Assembly: GCA_963733675.1 (NCBI GenBank)
Contig: CAVTET010000001.1
Span: 704,001-768,000 of the forward strand
Source: an uncultured Methanosarcinaceae archaeon
GTDB lineage: Archaea > Halobacteriota > Methanosarcinia > Methanosarcinales > Methanosarcinaceae
DNA: 64,000 nucleotides
Direction of reading: 5' to 3'
Shown: in pieces, positions 1 through 10,086 of the stretch
Layout of the letters: every line of letters begins with the position of its first letter
How positions within the stretch are numbered: position 1 is the first letter of the stretch
Made by a program: the position numbers and the translations under genes
The notes under the pieces: generated by a model
Told to the model about the DNA's origin: nothing
The model's input: the letters and a program-made list of their open reading frames with translations, nothing else
Databases searched by the model: none

Positions 1-174
1 CAGAAAAGCCACCCGTTGATTAGGATAAGAGATGAGATTATAACTGCTGGATCACTTTCTAGAGACTTTAAAGCCATTATAGATGGAGACCTGATATCAT
101 CAAGGAGCACATATGACCGTTATGCTTTTGGAGAGAAATGATTAAACTGGGTAAGTAGTGTAAAATCAAACTAG
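1..174 (+). pseudogene. 3' remnant of a DJ-1/PfpI-family protein (partial at window edge, probably degraded)
   Basis: Frame 1 reads ...IRDEIITAGSLSRDFKAIIDGDLISSRSTYDRYAFGEK*LNWV; resembles the PfpI C-terminus (DGNLISSR..DL.AF) with a premature TGA. Confidence 0.4.
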
Positions 175-286
175 TCTATTTTTTAACCTTGATTATTAAT
201 TTTTGAAAACTTAGAAAATTTCTAATTGTATTAAATATATATAAGCAATGTAGGAATCATCTCTGCAGAAATTCTTTGAAATGATA

Positions 287-590
287 ATAGGACTTACGCA
301 GCTGAACTTATAAATCGATAATATTAAACAGAAGCTGCATAATGCAAGAATTTTGCTTCGAGGTCTACTGGACTTGATTTTACACCACTAATTGGAAATC
401 ACAATTTAAGATAATCTCTTAATTCATTGTATTTTTTGACAGCAAATCTCGAATCCGTTGAACAGGCCTTTAAAGACAAATTTGCCCCATTAAATATTTT
501 TTTACAGATTCAAAATCCTAAGATACTCTATTTTCCATTGTTTTCTGATGGAGTACAAATTTTTAATTTTGCAGGTTTTAAAGCTGTATT
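287..590. mobile_element. Truncated MITE-like element starting with ATAGGACTTACGCA
   Basis: The 14-mer at 287-300 differs by one base from the perfect TIR of the element at 57059-57178; right end not recognisable. Confidence 0.4.
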
Positions 591-609
591 CTTTTTTGAC
601 ATTATCATT

Positions 610-1094
610 TTATGATAAACTTTCTCTTTTCAGTATTTATACTGAGGTTCTGATTTCTGGACAGGATAGGGTACAAAAGCTAAAGGGATTAAGTTAATCA
701 GGTAGCTCAAAAGCTTTAATAAACCTTTTAATTCTATCCTTCATAGGACAGATTCCTGTCCAGATTGCTCCAAGCCCCAAAGCATGAGCTGCAAGTAGAA
801 GAATCTGGGTTGTTGCCGAACAGTCCTGCACCCAGTATCCAGGAGCTATTTCCTGAGTCGTATCCCCACAGACAAAGATTTTCAAGGGGAATTTACCTGC
901 ACAGCTTGCATGTGGGGATCCCCTCAAACAATTTTTGCTCATCAGTAACAATGAAGACCCAGGGATTGGCATTAACTGCAGATGGAGTGCTCATTGCAAC
1001 CTTGAGCAATTCTATAACAAGCCCCCCCAAGAAACTAAGTTTTCGGTGTATTTTCGAATGCTCTCCTAGTTTAAATCGCTTCAAGAGTCTCCAT
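610..1094 (-). pseudogene. Nitroreductase family pseudogene
   Basis: ATG 1094 METLEAI*TRR (cf. EAIKTRRSIRKY), then AMSTPSAVNANPWVFIV, a frameshift, then DCSATTQILLLAAHALGLGAIW; several stops and frameshifts. The 3' end is approximate. Confidence 0.8.
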
Positions 1095-1177
1095 GTTAAG
1101 ACTTCCTTTATCCAGTCCGAAAGATCTAAGTGAGGAAATGTCTCGCATGTCCCTTCTAACCATTCTTTACTTTGTCA

Positions 1178-1735
1178 TTATTTGAATAGCTTCAGGCCGG
1201 CAGCTTTTGCTTTCTTCATAAGCTCGGCATCATTCATTACTTCTCCTGGAGTATGGTATCCAGCTGCAACAAGAGTATCCTTTACATCCATTCCCATAAA
1301 GCGGGAAATTTGGCCTCCAAATTCTTCATAGACCCCTTTATATGCTGCAGGATCAGGCATACCCTGGGCTACCACAATTATGGCTTTTTTTCCACATGGA
1401 AGGCGGGTAGAATGATCTGAATTTATTAGGGAATAGCAACGATCCAAGAAGAGCTTCATCTGGCCTGAAAACTGACCAAAATAAATAGGAACCCCAAAAA
1501 TAACGCCATCAGCTTCTGCTAATTCTTTGAAAAGCTCTACAAGGTCATCTTCAAGTTTGCACTTCTCATGAGACTTACAGTAGTCACAGGCCTGACAGCC
1601 ACTGTACTTCATTTCGTTAAGGAGAAAAGTCCTAGTCTTTGCCCCAGCTTCGACCTCTCCTTCAAGAACCTGCTGGACGAGAGTGTTTGTGTTTCCATTT
1701 TTGCGGGGACTTCCTACAATACCTATAACTTTCAT
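1178..1735 (-). CDS. Iron-sulfur flavoprotein / NADPH-dependent FMN reductase (flavodoxin family)
   Basis: GSPRKNGNT FMN-binding start and compact CQACDYCKSHEKC cysteine motif typical of Isf. Confidence 0.9.
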   Translation of the reverse strand: MKVIGIVGSPRKNGNTNTLVQQVLEGEVEAGAKTRTFLLNEMKYSGCQACDYCKSHEKCKLEDDLVELFKELAEADGVIFGVPIYFGQFSGQMKLFLDRCYSLINSDHSTRLPCGKKAIIVVAQGMPDPAAYKGVYEEFGGQISRFMGMDVKDTLVAAGYHTPGEVMNDAELMKKAKAAGLKLFK

Positions 1736-2439
1736 TCCATTATACCTCTCATTCTTTAAATTGAATAGGACTATGAACTAAAGAAACAAAATCAAATACT
1801 TTTGACGTTATGATCAACTTTATGTTTCATCAGTTAAAGGTTTAATACTATTAATTCTTTAGTTCCACTAATAAGCTCTAATAAAACTAATTACATGAGT
1901 TCTAAAACTGGGTAATTAAATAAATTTATTTTTGGAAATAAGTCCGTAAATATTCAGTTGAATTTTTAGACCAAAGATTTTCAGAACTATTGCACTAGTA
2001 AACTTATCGATAACTAGTCCTACTTTTTCGAGTATAGTTCCATAAATAATAGTGTATAGTTATTTTTTTGTTCAGCTTTCAGAGTAAAATCAAAAGATTA
2101 TGACGTGACAATGGAAAGACCATTAAAAGAACATCTTCTGGTTATAAGGGATATATTAAGAAACACGAGCCTCAGCTCAAAAATAGCTCAGGGGGAACAG
2201 CTTATACAGTAATTGAAAAAAAATATTCAGACAGGGTAATAACTGAGGTCAGCGTCCAAAGACTACATAGATCCTCATTTTGTAAGCAATATGACAAATT
2301 TAGTTTATGTGTCCTTTATGATATAAGGGGAATTTTTCATAAATCAAATACAATCGGCAACATTTTCAGAAAAGTATATATATACAAAGACTTAAACAGT
2401 GTTTAGTAAATAATTTATGAGGTGATCTTTATATCCAAC

Positions 2440-2715
2440 ATGAGAAATTTTGTTTTACGGGACAAAGACGGCAATGAACAGGGAATTTTCACTGGAAAAC
2501 AGCCTCGACAAGCTGCTTTGAAAGCTGCAAATCGAGGCAAGGGGACAAAATCTAAACCGGAGATTATCCGCCTCAGGGAACGCGGAACAAAGAAAGTACA
2601 TGTTTTCAAAGCATGGAAGCAAATTGTCGAAGCTCCAAAAAATAAGCCTAGCTGGATGCCAGAAAAAATCAGCAAGCCCTTTGTCAAGAAAGAGAAAATA
2701 GAAACAATCGAATAA
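2440..2715 (+). CDS. Non-histone chromosomal protein MC1
   Basis: RNFVLRDKDGNEQGIFTGKQPRQAALKAANRG...IRLRERGTKKVHVF...WMPEKISKPFVKKE is the MC1 signature. Start uncertain (GTG 2422, ATA 2431 or ATG 2440). Confidence 0.95.
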   Translation: MRNFVLRDKDGNEQGIFTGKQPRQAALKAANRGKGTKSKPEIIRLRERGTKKVHVFKAWKQIVEAPKNKPSWMPEKISKPFVKKEKIETIE

Positions 2716-2907
2716 ATATAGTTTCCCTTATATGCCCTGGAAATCGAGGTTCTTTCATTTCCTTTTCGAGATTCATAAACGGAATTTGCCTGAAAATGTT
2801 GTTTCATAGCTAAGACTGTTTGATTGAACAACACTTTTCTCCTGCAAATTCAGTGTTTCAGTCCAAAAATCACTAAATCTTGGACCATAGTCCATAAGGC
2901 TGGACTT

Positions 2908-3576
2908 TTATTTTATCAATCCTTTCTGGACATACCAATCATAATCATGAGCAAAACGCTACTTATTGAATTTTGCCAGCTGGCAAAAATATTCTGTTCG
3001 CTGACGATGTATTTCATCCTGGTCGGTATATTTGATTTTTCCGCAGATTGACTTTACCAGCTTCTTCCCAAGATCTTGCGCAGGCCCAATATAATTCTCA
3101 AGTGCAGAGAGGGCTCTCCCGATTATAAATCCAATGCTTCCAACAAAGGTAATGCCAAGATTTATGAGAACTCCATTCATATATTTCAAGATTTCATCGT
3201 CACCGCTTCCACCAGCTGTGCACACCGAGTACCTAAATTTTCCAGTCAGCATCCGGCAGTGAATTGCATCTGAAAGTCTATCTAAAAGGGCTTTCATTGG
3301 AGCCGGAACAGAGTTAATACAGTTAGGAGCACCAAGAACAACTCCATCAGCGTTCATAATTTTTCCAAATATCTCCATAAAATCATCAAATAAAGAACAT
3401 TCACCTGTAGCATAACAGGCTCCGCATCCAGTACAATATTCGATATTTAGCTTATAGAGATCTATAATCTCAGTTTCTGCCCCTTCAGATTAAGCACCTT
3501 TGATGACAGAATTTGCCAGTTTTGAGGTGTTACTTGCATTGCCCTATGGACTTGCATTGATTCCAATGATTTTCAT
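2908..3576 (-). pseudogene. Iron-sulfur flavoprotein (flavodoxin family) pseudogene
   Basis: MKIIGINASP*GNASNT...KGA*SEGAE...CTGCGACYATGEC...FNK*RFAHDYDWYVQKGLIK; in-frame stops TAG (3546), TAA (3492) and TAG (2961). Confidence 0.85.
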
Positions 3577-3607
3577 TTAGCTTCCGCGATGAAATATTTC
3601 AAAATAA

Positions 3608-3700
3608 AGAGAATTCCGATTTACCTCTGATTTTCAATAGTTATTTATATACAATTTATATGCATTTCACTAAATTGAAGAGTTGATTGAAATCCTCTCT
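3608..3700. repeat. Repeat family A (~88-bp TIR element), degenerate copy
   Basis: AGAGAATTCCGATTTACCTCTGATTTTCA...GAGTTGATTGAAATCCTCTCT matches the family ends AGAATTTCGATAAAC / GTTTATCGAAATTCT. Confidence 0.6.
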
Positions 3701-3748
3701 ACACCAATTGATTTAAGAATTAAAAAATGTACTTGAGTTGATATATAT

Positions 3749-4705
3749 ATGCAAGCAATTGAAGTATCTCATCTTACCAAAAAATTCGGATCTCTCACCG
3801 CGGTCAATGATATTAGTTTCTCAGTTGGTGAAGGAGAAACCTTTGGGTTTTTGGGTCCCAATGGTGCCGGTAAAACTACTACAATTCGTATTTTGACCGG
3901 AGTATCAAGACCAACTTCTGGAACAGCAACCATTTTTGGCTATGATATTGAGCATGATACCATTAATGCAAGGCAATCCATGGGCATCGTATCCGAAAAT
4001 TCCAACGTTTACGATGATCTGACTGCATGGCAGAACTTGATGTTCTCCGCGGAACTCTATCATGTGGGACGAAATGAGAGAGAGAAAAAGGCTACCGAAT
4101 TGCTCAAGAAGTTCGAGTTATACGAACGTCTCAGTGATAAAGCGCACGGTTTTTCAAAGGGAATGAAAAGACGTCTGACCCTTGCAATGGGGCTTGTCAA
4201 CAGCCCACGTCTGCTGTTCCTGGATGAACCAACCTCAGGGCTCGATGTACAGAGTAACCTCATCATTCGTGAAGTGGTATCGGACCTCATTCTCAATGGA
4301 GTCACTGTCTTTTTAACAACGCACAATATTGAAGAGGCAAATGTCATGTGTGATCGAGTAGCTATCATCAATAAAGGGAATATCATTGCAATCGATGCAC
4401 CGGAATCTCTGAAAAAGACGTTTAAAGGTTCACAGTCGATTGAGGTATCTTTTGACCATAATTCCGTAGATCACCTGGACGAACTCAGCAGTCTCTCAAT
4501 GGTGAATGACGCACAAAAGGCAGGTGACAAGTTTAAGCTCTATACTGAAGATCCAGCTGAAGTTATTGATGCCTTAGTAGCCTATGCTCACGCGCATAAT
4601 CTTAAAATAATCAGTATTACTACTCTTGGCCCTAGCCTCGAGGATGTATTTGTAAAGTTGACTGGTCTGCAGCGGGCAGGTGATGGAATCCATGCAATCG
4701 ATTAA
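3749..4705 (+). CDS. ABC-2 type exporter ATP-binding subunit
   Basis: Walker A GPNGAGKTT, signature FSKGMKRRL, Walker B LLFLDEPT, H-loop LTTH, C-terminal PSLEDVFVKLTG. Confidence 0.95.
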   Translation: MQAIEVSHLTKKFGSLTAVNDISFSVGEGETFGFLGPNGAGKTTTIRILTGVSRPTSGTATIFGYDIEHDTINARQSMGIVSENSNVYDDLTAWQNLMFSAELYHVGRNEREKKATELLKKFELYERLSDKAHGFSKGMKRRLTLAMGLVNSPRLLFLDEPTSGLDVQSNLIIREVVSDLILNGVTVFLTTHNIEEANVMCDRVAIINKGNIIAIDAPESLKKTFKGSQSIEVSFDHNSVDHLDELSSLSMVNDAQKAGDKFKLYTEDPAEVIDALVAYAHAHNLKIISITTLGPSLEDVFVKLTGLQRAGDGIHAID

Positions 4706-5459
4706 TCATGCGAGATTGGTAAAACATCTTTTCTGTCAGATATCTGCTGCGTGGGCAATCGCCAAAAAAGACATGAGGATCTATTACCTCAAGCCAAATA
4801 TCATCGTTTCCGGCATCTTTTTCCCGCTTTTTATGTTCCTAGCCTTTGCCATTGGAAAGAACACCCCTCCAGGCACCCTAATCCCGGGATTGATCTCGAT
4901 TACTCTCCTGTTTTCGGCTTCATCAATAGAACCGGTTTCAATACCTATAGAAAGACGTGTTAAAACTTTCGAACGTTTGCTCTCAGCACCTATTTCGCTG
5001 TATTCGCTGGTATCGGGTGAGAGCCTGAGTGGATTTTTTTATAGTCTCGGCATCGCATGTCTTCCCCTTGTCATTGGCGTGATCATCTTCAATACAACTA
5101 TTGTAAATGCAACTGTCCTTGTGATTGCTATGATCCTCACAGCATTCTGTTTTGCCACGCTTGGGACACTGTTTGCTGCATACCCTACAGAAAATGTGGG
5201 TGAGGTCATGTCTATGCTTAATACAGTAAGGCTACCGCTCATCTTTATATCTGGTGTTTTTGTCCCGATATCTTCTATGCCTCAGATAGGCCAGAAAATC
5301 GCACTTATATCACCACTTACATATGGAAGTGATCTTATCGAGTATGCGTATACCGATAAATCGCTATTTCCACCTTTTATGGATATGGTGATGCTGTTGA
5401 TCTTTATCCTAATATTTCAGATAATAGCAAACTATCTTTATAAGACATTTAACGAATGA
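4692..5459 (+). CDS. ABC-2 type exporter permease
   Basis: Six hydrophobic segments; ERRVKTFERLLSAPI, ISGVFVPISSMP and SPLTY motifs; overlaps the ATPase stop. Confidence 0.92.
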   Translation: MQSINHARLVKHLFCQISAAWAIAKKDMRIYYLKPNIIVSGIFFPLFMFLAFAIGKNTPPGTLIPGLISITLLFSASSIEPVSIPIERRVKTFERLLSAPISLYSLVSGESLSGFFYSLGIACLPLVIGVIIFNTTIVNATVLVIAMILTAFCFATLGTLFAAYPTENVGEVMSMLNTVRLPLIFISGVFVPISSMPQIGQKIALISPLTYGSDLIEYAYTDKSLFPPFMDMVMLLIFILIFQIIANYLYKTFNE

Positions 5460-5644
5460 GGGTTAAAAAACTTAACTGGTTAAGATATCAAACAGTTAAG
5501 AAAAACACTCTCATAGTGAAATACTATTTTTGCTAAAAATAATCTTATTTAGTAGAATTCATCCTAGACCTACATTGTTGTAACGAGGGCCTCTTTCATC
5601 ATGGACTCAAAAAGATATTTATATCCATTTGACATGGAGAATTT

Positions 5645-7072
5645 GTGAAACAGGAAAACGATTTCATAGTTTTTCATGGTAATCTACAGCAATTAATGGA
5701 AAAAGTGGAAACGGGAGAAATGATCCCCAAGCTTCAGGCTTCACACTCCCCAATGTGCAAATTTTTTACTGCGTATTACGTTATCAGTGGGATCCGTCAT
5801 GTAGTTCCCCTGGTCCACGGTCCGACCGGATGTCCGCTTTACATGTCGGATTTTGTCAGGACACGTGAATGCTGCGAGATCCGTGGAGTTCCACTAGAAC
5901 CCACAGCCTGCACCTCCCTTGATGAAAGCCACATCATCTACGGGGGTGAGGGAAAACTCCTGGAAGCAGTAAAGGAAGCATATACAAAGTATCACCCAGA
6001 TCTCATCGTCATCCTCTCTTGTTGCTGCTCTGGGATTATCGGTGATGACGTCGAAAGTATTGCTCGTGAGGCAGAGAAGTTGGTTGGTTGCAGGGTGCTA
6101 GCGCTCCGCAGCGAAGGGTTTGGTGGAGATTTCCGAAGCGGCTATGAGGACGCGTTCAAGCTCATCATGGAGTTGATGGAGCCCCCAAAAACGAAAATGA
6201 AAGGGACGATCAATATCCTCGGGGCCCGTTGGGGCCCTTCCCCCACAGAGTTCAACTGGGACATGGATGAGATAGAGCGACTTCTTGGTGAAATTAGAAT
6301 AAAGATAAATGCCATCATCGCGGGAGGGTGCACCGTCGAGCAGATTAAGCATGCTCGGGAGGTCGAACTTAATGCTTCATGGTGCTTTGACTGGGGGCAG
6401 AAGCTGGGCGATCTGATGCAAGAAAGATTCGGAATCCCTTACAGCCGTACCGGGCAACCCTATGGCCCTGAGGCCACAAAGGAATGGCTGCTCGGCGTGG
6501 CAACACCTCTTGGTATGGAGACAATGGCTATTAAAGTGATCGAACGAGAGCTACAGGAAGTAGAACCGGAAATAGCATATCTAAGGCAAGCTCTCTCCGG
6601 AAAAACGGCTATTGTAGAGATATCGGAATTCCCCGGGCCGATACGAGCGCTTTCGATTGCAAGGATGGCAGCAGAGTTTGGTGCACATCCTGTCGTCATC
6701 AACGTTCATCCATATACGATCAAGGAGCGTATGCCCAGCATCAAGTTTCTCCTGGAAACCGGAGTTAACCCGGAGATTATCCTGACAAAAGGACTCTTTC
6801 GGCTAGGGAGCTTTCGGTCATCCAAAGAGACAGAAGACGAGCTAGAGTCAATTGTTAAGGAATATGATAACCCTATTTTCTTCGGAAACTCAGGCCGGTT
6901 TCCTCCCTGTCCAGTGGTGAACTTAACACTCATGAACCCGTCGTTTCAGCCCCAGTACGGCTTCCGGGGGATTAGGAATATCGCCGCTCTGGTCAGACAG
7001 GCACTTGAGAACAAAGATCTACCACGTTCGCGATTATTTAAGGGGATGCTCTATGGAACAAGGAAATTTTAA
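5645..7072 (+). CDS. Nitrogenase component 1-like protein, alpha/D-type subunit (not canonical NifD)
   Basis: PMC38, HGPTGC63, LDESHIIYGGE, SCC127CSGIIGDD, LNASWC247, PYG, QYGFRG; RBS GGAGA before the GTG start. Confidence 0.9.
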   Translation: MKQENDFIVFHGNLQQLMEKVETGEMIPKLQASHSPMCKFFTAYYVISGIRHVVPLVHGPTGCPLYMSDFVRTRECCEIRGVPLEPTACTSLDESHIIYGGEGKLLEAVKEAYTKYHPDLIVILSCCCSGIIGDDVESIAREAEKLVGCRVLALRSEGFGGDFRSGYEDAFKLIMELMEPPKTKMKGTINILGARWGPSPTEFNWDMDEIERLLGEIRIKINAIIAGGCTVEQIKHAREVELNASWCFDWGQKLGDLMQERFGIPYSRTGQPYGPEATKEWLLGVATPLGMETMAIKVIERELQEVEPEIAYLRQALSGKTAIVEISEFPGPIRALSIARMAAEFGAHPVVINVHPYTIKERMPSIKFLLETGVNPEIILTKGLFRLGSFRSSKETEDELESIVKEYDNPIFFGNSGRFPPCPVVNLTLMNPSFQPQYGFRGIRNIAALVRQALENKDLPRSRLFKGMLYGTRKF

Positions 7073-8411
7073 GGAAACGGTTGGGCCATCAGAGTCTTCC
7101 TCGGAGACGTGCACTGACCCCTACCTTCGCTGTGCTTTCAACGGTGCCGCCCTGACGGCCCTTGGAGTCTCTCGTTCTGCTCTGCTTGCACATTCTCCAC
7201 AAGGATGCGAGTATCTCGTCAACAATGCCTTTGCTTCGCAGGAGTGTGATTATATGGAGACAATGACCCTCTGTACCAAGCTCTGCGTGGACGAGATCGT
7301 GTATGGTGGAGAGGACATCCTTACCCGCACAATTCGGAAGGTAAAAGATCTCACGATCTCTGCCCTTTTCGTGCTTAGTGCATGTGGTCCCGAAATTGTG
7401 GGCGACGATATTGTAGCAGTATGTGAGGCCCTGCAACCAGAAATGAAGTTCCGACTCGTTCCAATTGAATGTGCCGGGTTCCGAGGATCGCAATACGATG
7501 GCATCGACATCGCGCTGGATACGATCCTAAAAAAGCTGGTAAAAGACGACGTAGAGAAGGTACCCGATTCGGTCTGTCTTGTTGCTCCCCACGCCAATGC
7601 CAACCCGACATGGCCGGCAGACCTTACATGGGTGAAACAGATTCTTTCTAGGATGGGCATTAAGGTTGTAGCCACGCTCACACACCAGACTCCGATTTCT
7701 GAAATCGAAAACATCGCATCTGCTGAGACCTCCCTCCTGCTGAGCCACGATGCTGGGCAGAAAGCAGCAGATTACCTTTTAACTGAGTATGGCATCGAGC
7801 AGATATGTCAAGGGATACCCCTTCCAATAGGGATGACAAACACGCAACATTGGTTGACCGTGCTGGGTGAGCGATTCGATGTGCTGAAAAGGGTGGAGGA
7901 GATAGTTGCAGAAGGCGAACGGATGGTGATGGCAACGTGCCGGCGCAAGTGGCCGATGGCGAGGTTCCTGTATAGGACTCCGACAGCGATTGTTGCCGAT
8001 GCAACGGTCGGAATCCCTCTAGTCCGGTTTGTTACCGAGGAGATGGAGATGACCCCTGAGCTCGTTGCCTTGTACACCTCACAGAGACCTACGCGGGAAC
8101 TGCTGGAGCGGGAACTCCAGAGCCTTGGTCTCAATCCGAAGATCATTTACGGAACAGACGTGTATAAAACACGGAAGAGTATTCGGGAGGTCAGGCCACG
8201 GGTTGTGTTCGGTAGCACCATCGAAAGGCATGCAAGCGAGGGACTTTCCGTGGCCTATGTTATTGAGATCGTTAGGACGATTCGCCAGTTTAGGATGATC
8301 AATCGGGAATACTTCGGATATACAGGCATATTGAACCTGTTCGAGTGTATTCAAAATGAGTGGACTATGGGATGGCGTTCAAAAGAAAGGAGATATGAAG
8401 CAAGGTGGTGA
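7053..8411 (+). CDS. Nitrogenase component 1-like protein, beta/K-type subunit
   Basis: PYLRC27, HSPQGC52, EIVYGGEDIL, SAC111GPEIVGDD, PLPIGMTNT..WL, VFGSTIERH, YFGYTG. ATG 7053 follows AAGGGGA and overlaps the upstream stop. Confidence 0.9.
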   Translation: MEQGNFKETVGPSESSSETCTDPYLRCAFNGAALTALGVSRSALLAHSPQGCEYLVNNAFASQECDYMETMTLCTKLCVDEIVYGGEDILTRTIRKVKDLTISALFVLSACGPEIVGDDIVAVCEALQPEMKFRLVPIECAGFRGSQYDGIDIALDTILKKLVKDDVEKVPDSVCLVAPHANANPTWPADLTWVKQILSRMGIKVVATLTHQTPISEIENIASAETSLLLSHDAGQKAADYLLTEYGIEQICQGIPLPIGMTNTQHWLTVLGERFDVLKRVEEIVAEGERMVMATCRRKWPMARFLYRTPTAIVADATVGIPLVRFVTEEMEMTPELVALYTSQRPTRELLERELQSLGLNPKIIYGTDVYKTRKSIREVRPRVVFGSTIERHASEGLSVAYVIEIVRTIRQFRMINREYFGYTGILNLFECIQNEWTMGWRSKERRYEARW

Positions 8412-8417
8412 AGGAAT

Positions 8418-9263
8418 ATGAGACAGATCGCTATCTATGGCAAAGGTGGAATAGGGAAGAGCACGATAGCTTCAAACCTGTCTGCCGCATTAAATACGAT
8501 GGGGCACATGGTAATGCAGGTTGGCTGTGATCCAAAGAGGGATTCGACAAGAATCCTTGCAGAGGGGAAGTTTATTCCCGCAGTACTGGAAGAACACCGA
8601 GAACAGCTTAGGTTAGGAAAAGATGAATATGCGATAAATCTCGACAATCTGGTCTTCAGATCACCCAGTGGGATTTACCTTGTCGAGGCGGGAGGACCGG
8701 AACCTGGTATTGGGTGTGCTGGTAGAGGCGTGCTGACAGCTCTGCAAATCCTAAAAGACCTCAAGGCTTTTTCTACCTACAACATTGACATAGCAATCTA
8801 TGATGTCCTCGGAGATGTCGTATGCGGTGGATTCTCGATGCCTATACGTGAAGGATTTGCGGAAGAAATCTATCTCATCTGTTCTGGCGGCTTCATGAGT
8901 ATCTATGCGGCAAATAACATCGCTAGGGCTGTGCAACGCCTAGCAAAAAGGGGGGATACCGGCCTGGCAGGGATTATCTGCAACAGCAATGGAAATGAAG
9001 CATTTGAGCATGCAGTCATCCCGGCTTTTGCAAAAAAGCTGGGAACCCCTTTTGTCCAATTTGTCCCCAGGAGTCCCGTGATCCAGGCATGTGAACTGGA
9101 AGGTAGACCTGTAGTGGAGTACGCCCCCGATTCACTGGAAGCGGAAATATTTCGGAAACTTGCAAAAGCGATAATGGAAAATGATTCACGTGTGATCCCA
9201 ACGCCAGTAAGCGACCTTCCAGAGCTTGAAATGATGTATCGTCAGCATCTGGTGAAGATATAA
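8418..9263 (+). CDS. NifH-like iron protein (nitrogenase reductase family)
   Basis: YGKGGIGKST, GCDPKRDSTR, EAGGPEPGIGCAGRGV and YDVLGDVVCGGF; both [4Fe-4S] cysteines are intact. Confidence 0.95.
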   Translation: MRQIAIYGKGGIGKSTIASNLSAALNTMGHMVMQVGCDPKRDSTRILAEGKFIPAVLEEHREQLRLGKDEYAINLDNLVFRSPSGIYLVEAGGPEPGIGCAGRGVLTALQILKDLKAFSTYNIDIAIYDVLGDVVCGGFSMPIREGFAEEIYLICSGGFMSIYAANNIARAVQRLAKRGDTGLAGIICNSNGNEAFEHAVIPAFAKKLGTPFVQFVPRSPVIQACELEGRPVVEYAPDSLEAEIFRKLAKAIMENDSRVIPTPVSDLPELEMMYRQHLVKI

Positions 9264-9302
9264 GAAATCAAGATATCAGATCATTTCACGGGTGTATTAT
9301 GC

Positions 9303-9935
9303 ATGAAATACGTCGATATCGACAGGATTTACCAGACAGTACCGCTTGATAAAATTCCCTGGAATAGTGAAGCACCCCCAGATAAGCTTGTTGAGCTGGT
9401 GCAAAGTGGAAAAGTCCGACCCTGCAAGACCATTGATCTCGGTTGTGGCGCTGGTAACTATGCAATATACCTGGCAGAGCGGGGATTTGAGGTAATAGGT
9501 GTCGATAGTTCACCCACTGTAATAAAGATCGCTACTGAAAATGCACAAAAACGAGGAGTCAGGTGCAATTTTATTGTCGCTGATCTTCTAGGTGACCTGC
9601 ATGAAGTTAAAGAGACATTTGATTTTGGCTACGACTGGGATTTTTTGCACCATATATTTCCAGAAGACCGGGGAAAATATGTAAAAAATGTGTATAATAT
9701 TCTGAAACCAGGAGCACAGTACTTATCAGTCTGTTTTTCTGAGAAGGATCCACAGTTTGACGGCATGGGTAAATACCGGAAAACCCCTATAGGAACAATA
9801 CTGTATTTCTCTTCGGAATCCGAAATACATGATCTTTTTTCACCTTATTTTGACATACAAGAACTGAAAACGATAGAAATCAAAACTAAATCTGTGTCAC
9901 ATTATGCAATTTATGTATTGTCTGAACGACGCTGA
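9303..9935 (+). CDS. Class I SAM-dependent methyltransferase (TPMT/TehB-like)
   Basis: N-terminal IPW, motif I IDLGCGAG, VIGVDSS, FDFGYDWDFLHH, LKPGAQYL. Confidence 0.9.
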   Translation: MKYVDIDRIYQTVPLDKIPWNSEAPPDKLVELVQSGKVRPCKTIDLGCGAGNYAIYLAERGFEVIGVDSSPTVIKIATENAQKRGVRCNFIVADLLGDLHEVKETFDFGYDWDFLHHIFPEDRGKYVKNVYNILKPGAQYLSVCFSEKDPQFDGMGKYRKTPIGTILYFSSESEIHDLFSPYFDIQELKTIEIKTKSVSHYAIYVLSERR

Positions 9936-9994
9936 GTATTAAATAAGAGTTGTATTTCTGAGACTTAGTCCAAAAATCCATTGATGAACGTAAA

Positions 9995-10086
9995 ATTAAG
10001 CTTCACAGTTGGCAAAGGAGAAAAATTTGGGTTTTTGTATCCCAATGGTGCTAGCAAAACCACTATTATTTGTATGTTGACCGGGA
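9995..10086 (+). pseudogene. N-terminal fragment of a second ABC ATPase
   Basis: SFTVGKGEKFGFLYPNGASKTTIICMLTG aligns with SFSVGEGETFGFLGPNGAGKTTTIRILTG of the gene at 3749. Confidence 0.75.

Noticed and set aside
2908-3576. In-frame TAG codons as possible pyrrolysine read-through in the Isf-like gene
   Set aside because: A TAA at 3490-3492 also interrupts the frame, so it is a pseudogene whatever the amber decoding.
6098-9201. Many antisense and alternate-frame ORFs over the D/K/H genes (and over other genes)
   Set aside because: Shadow ORFs of GC-richer coding sequence, with no motifs or RBS.
5645-9263. Calling the cluster canonical nifDKH or cfbCD
   Set aside because: No His442/His195 equivalents, wrong gene order, no nifI/E/N/B, and two distinct full-length component 1 subunits.
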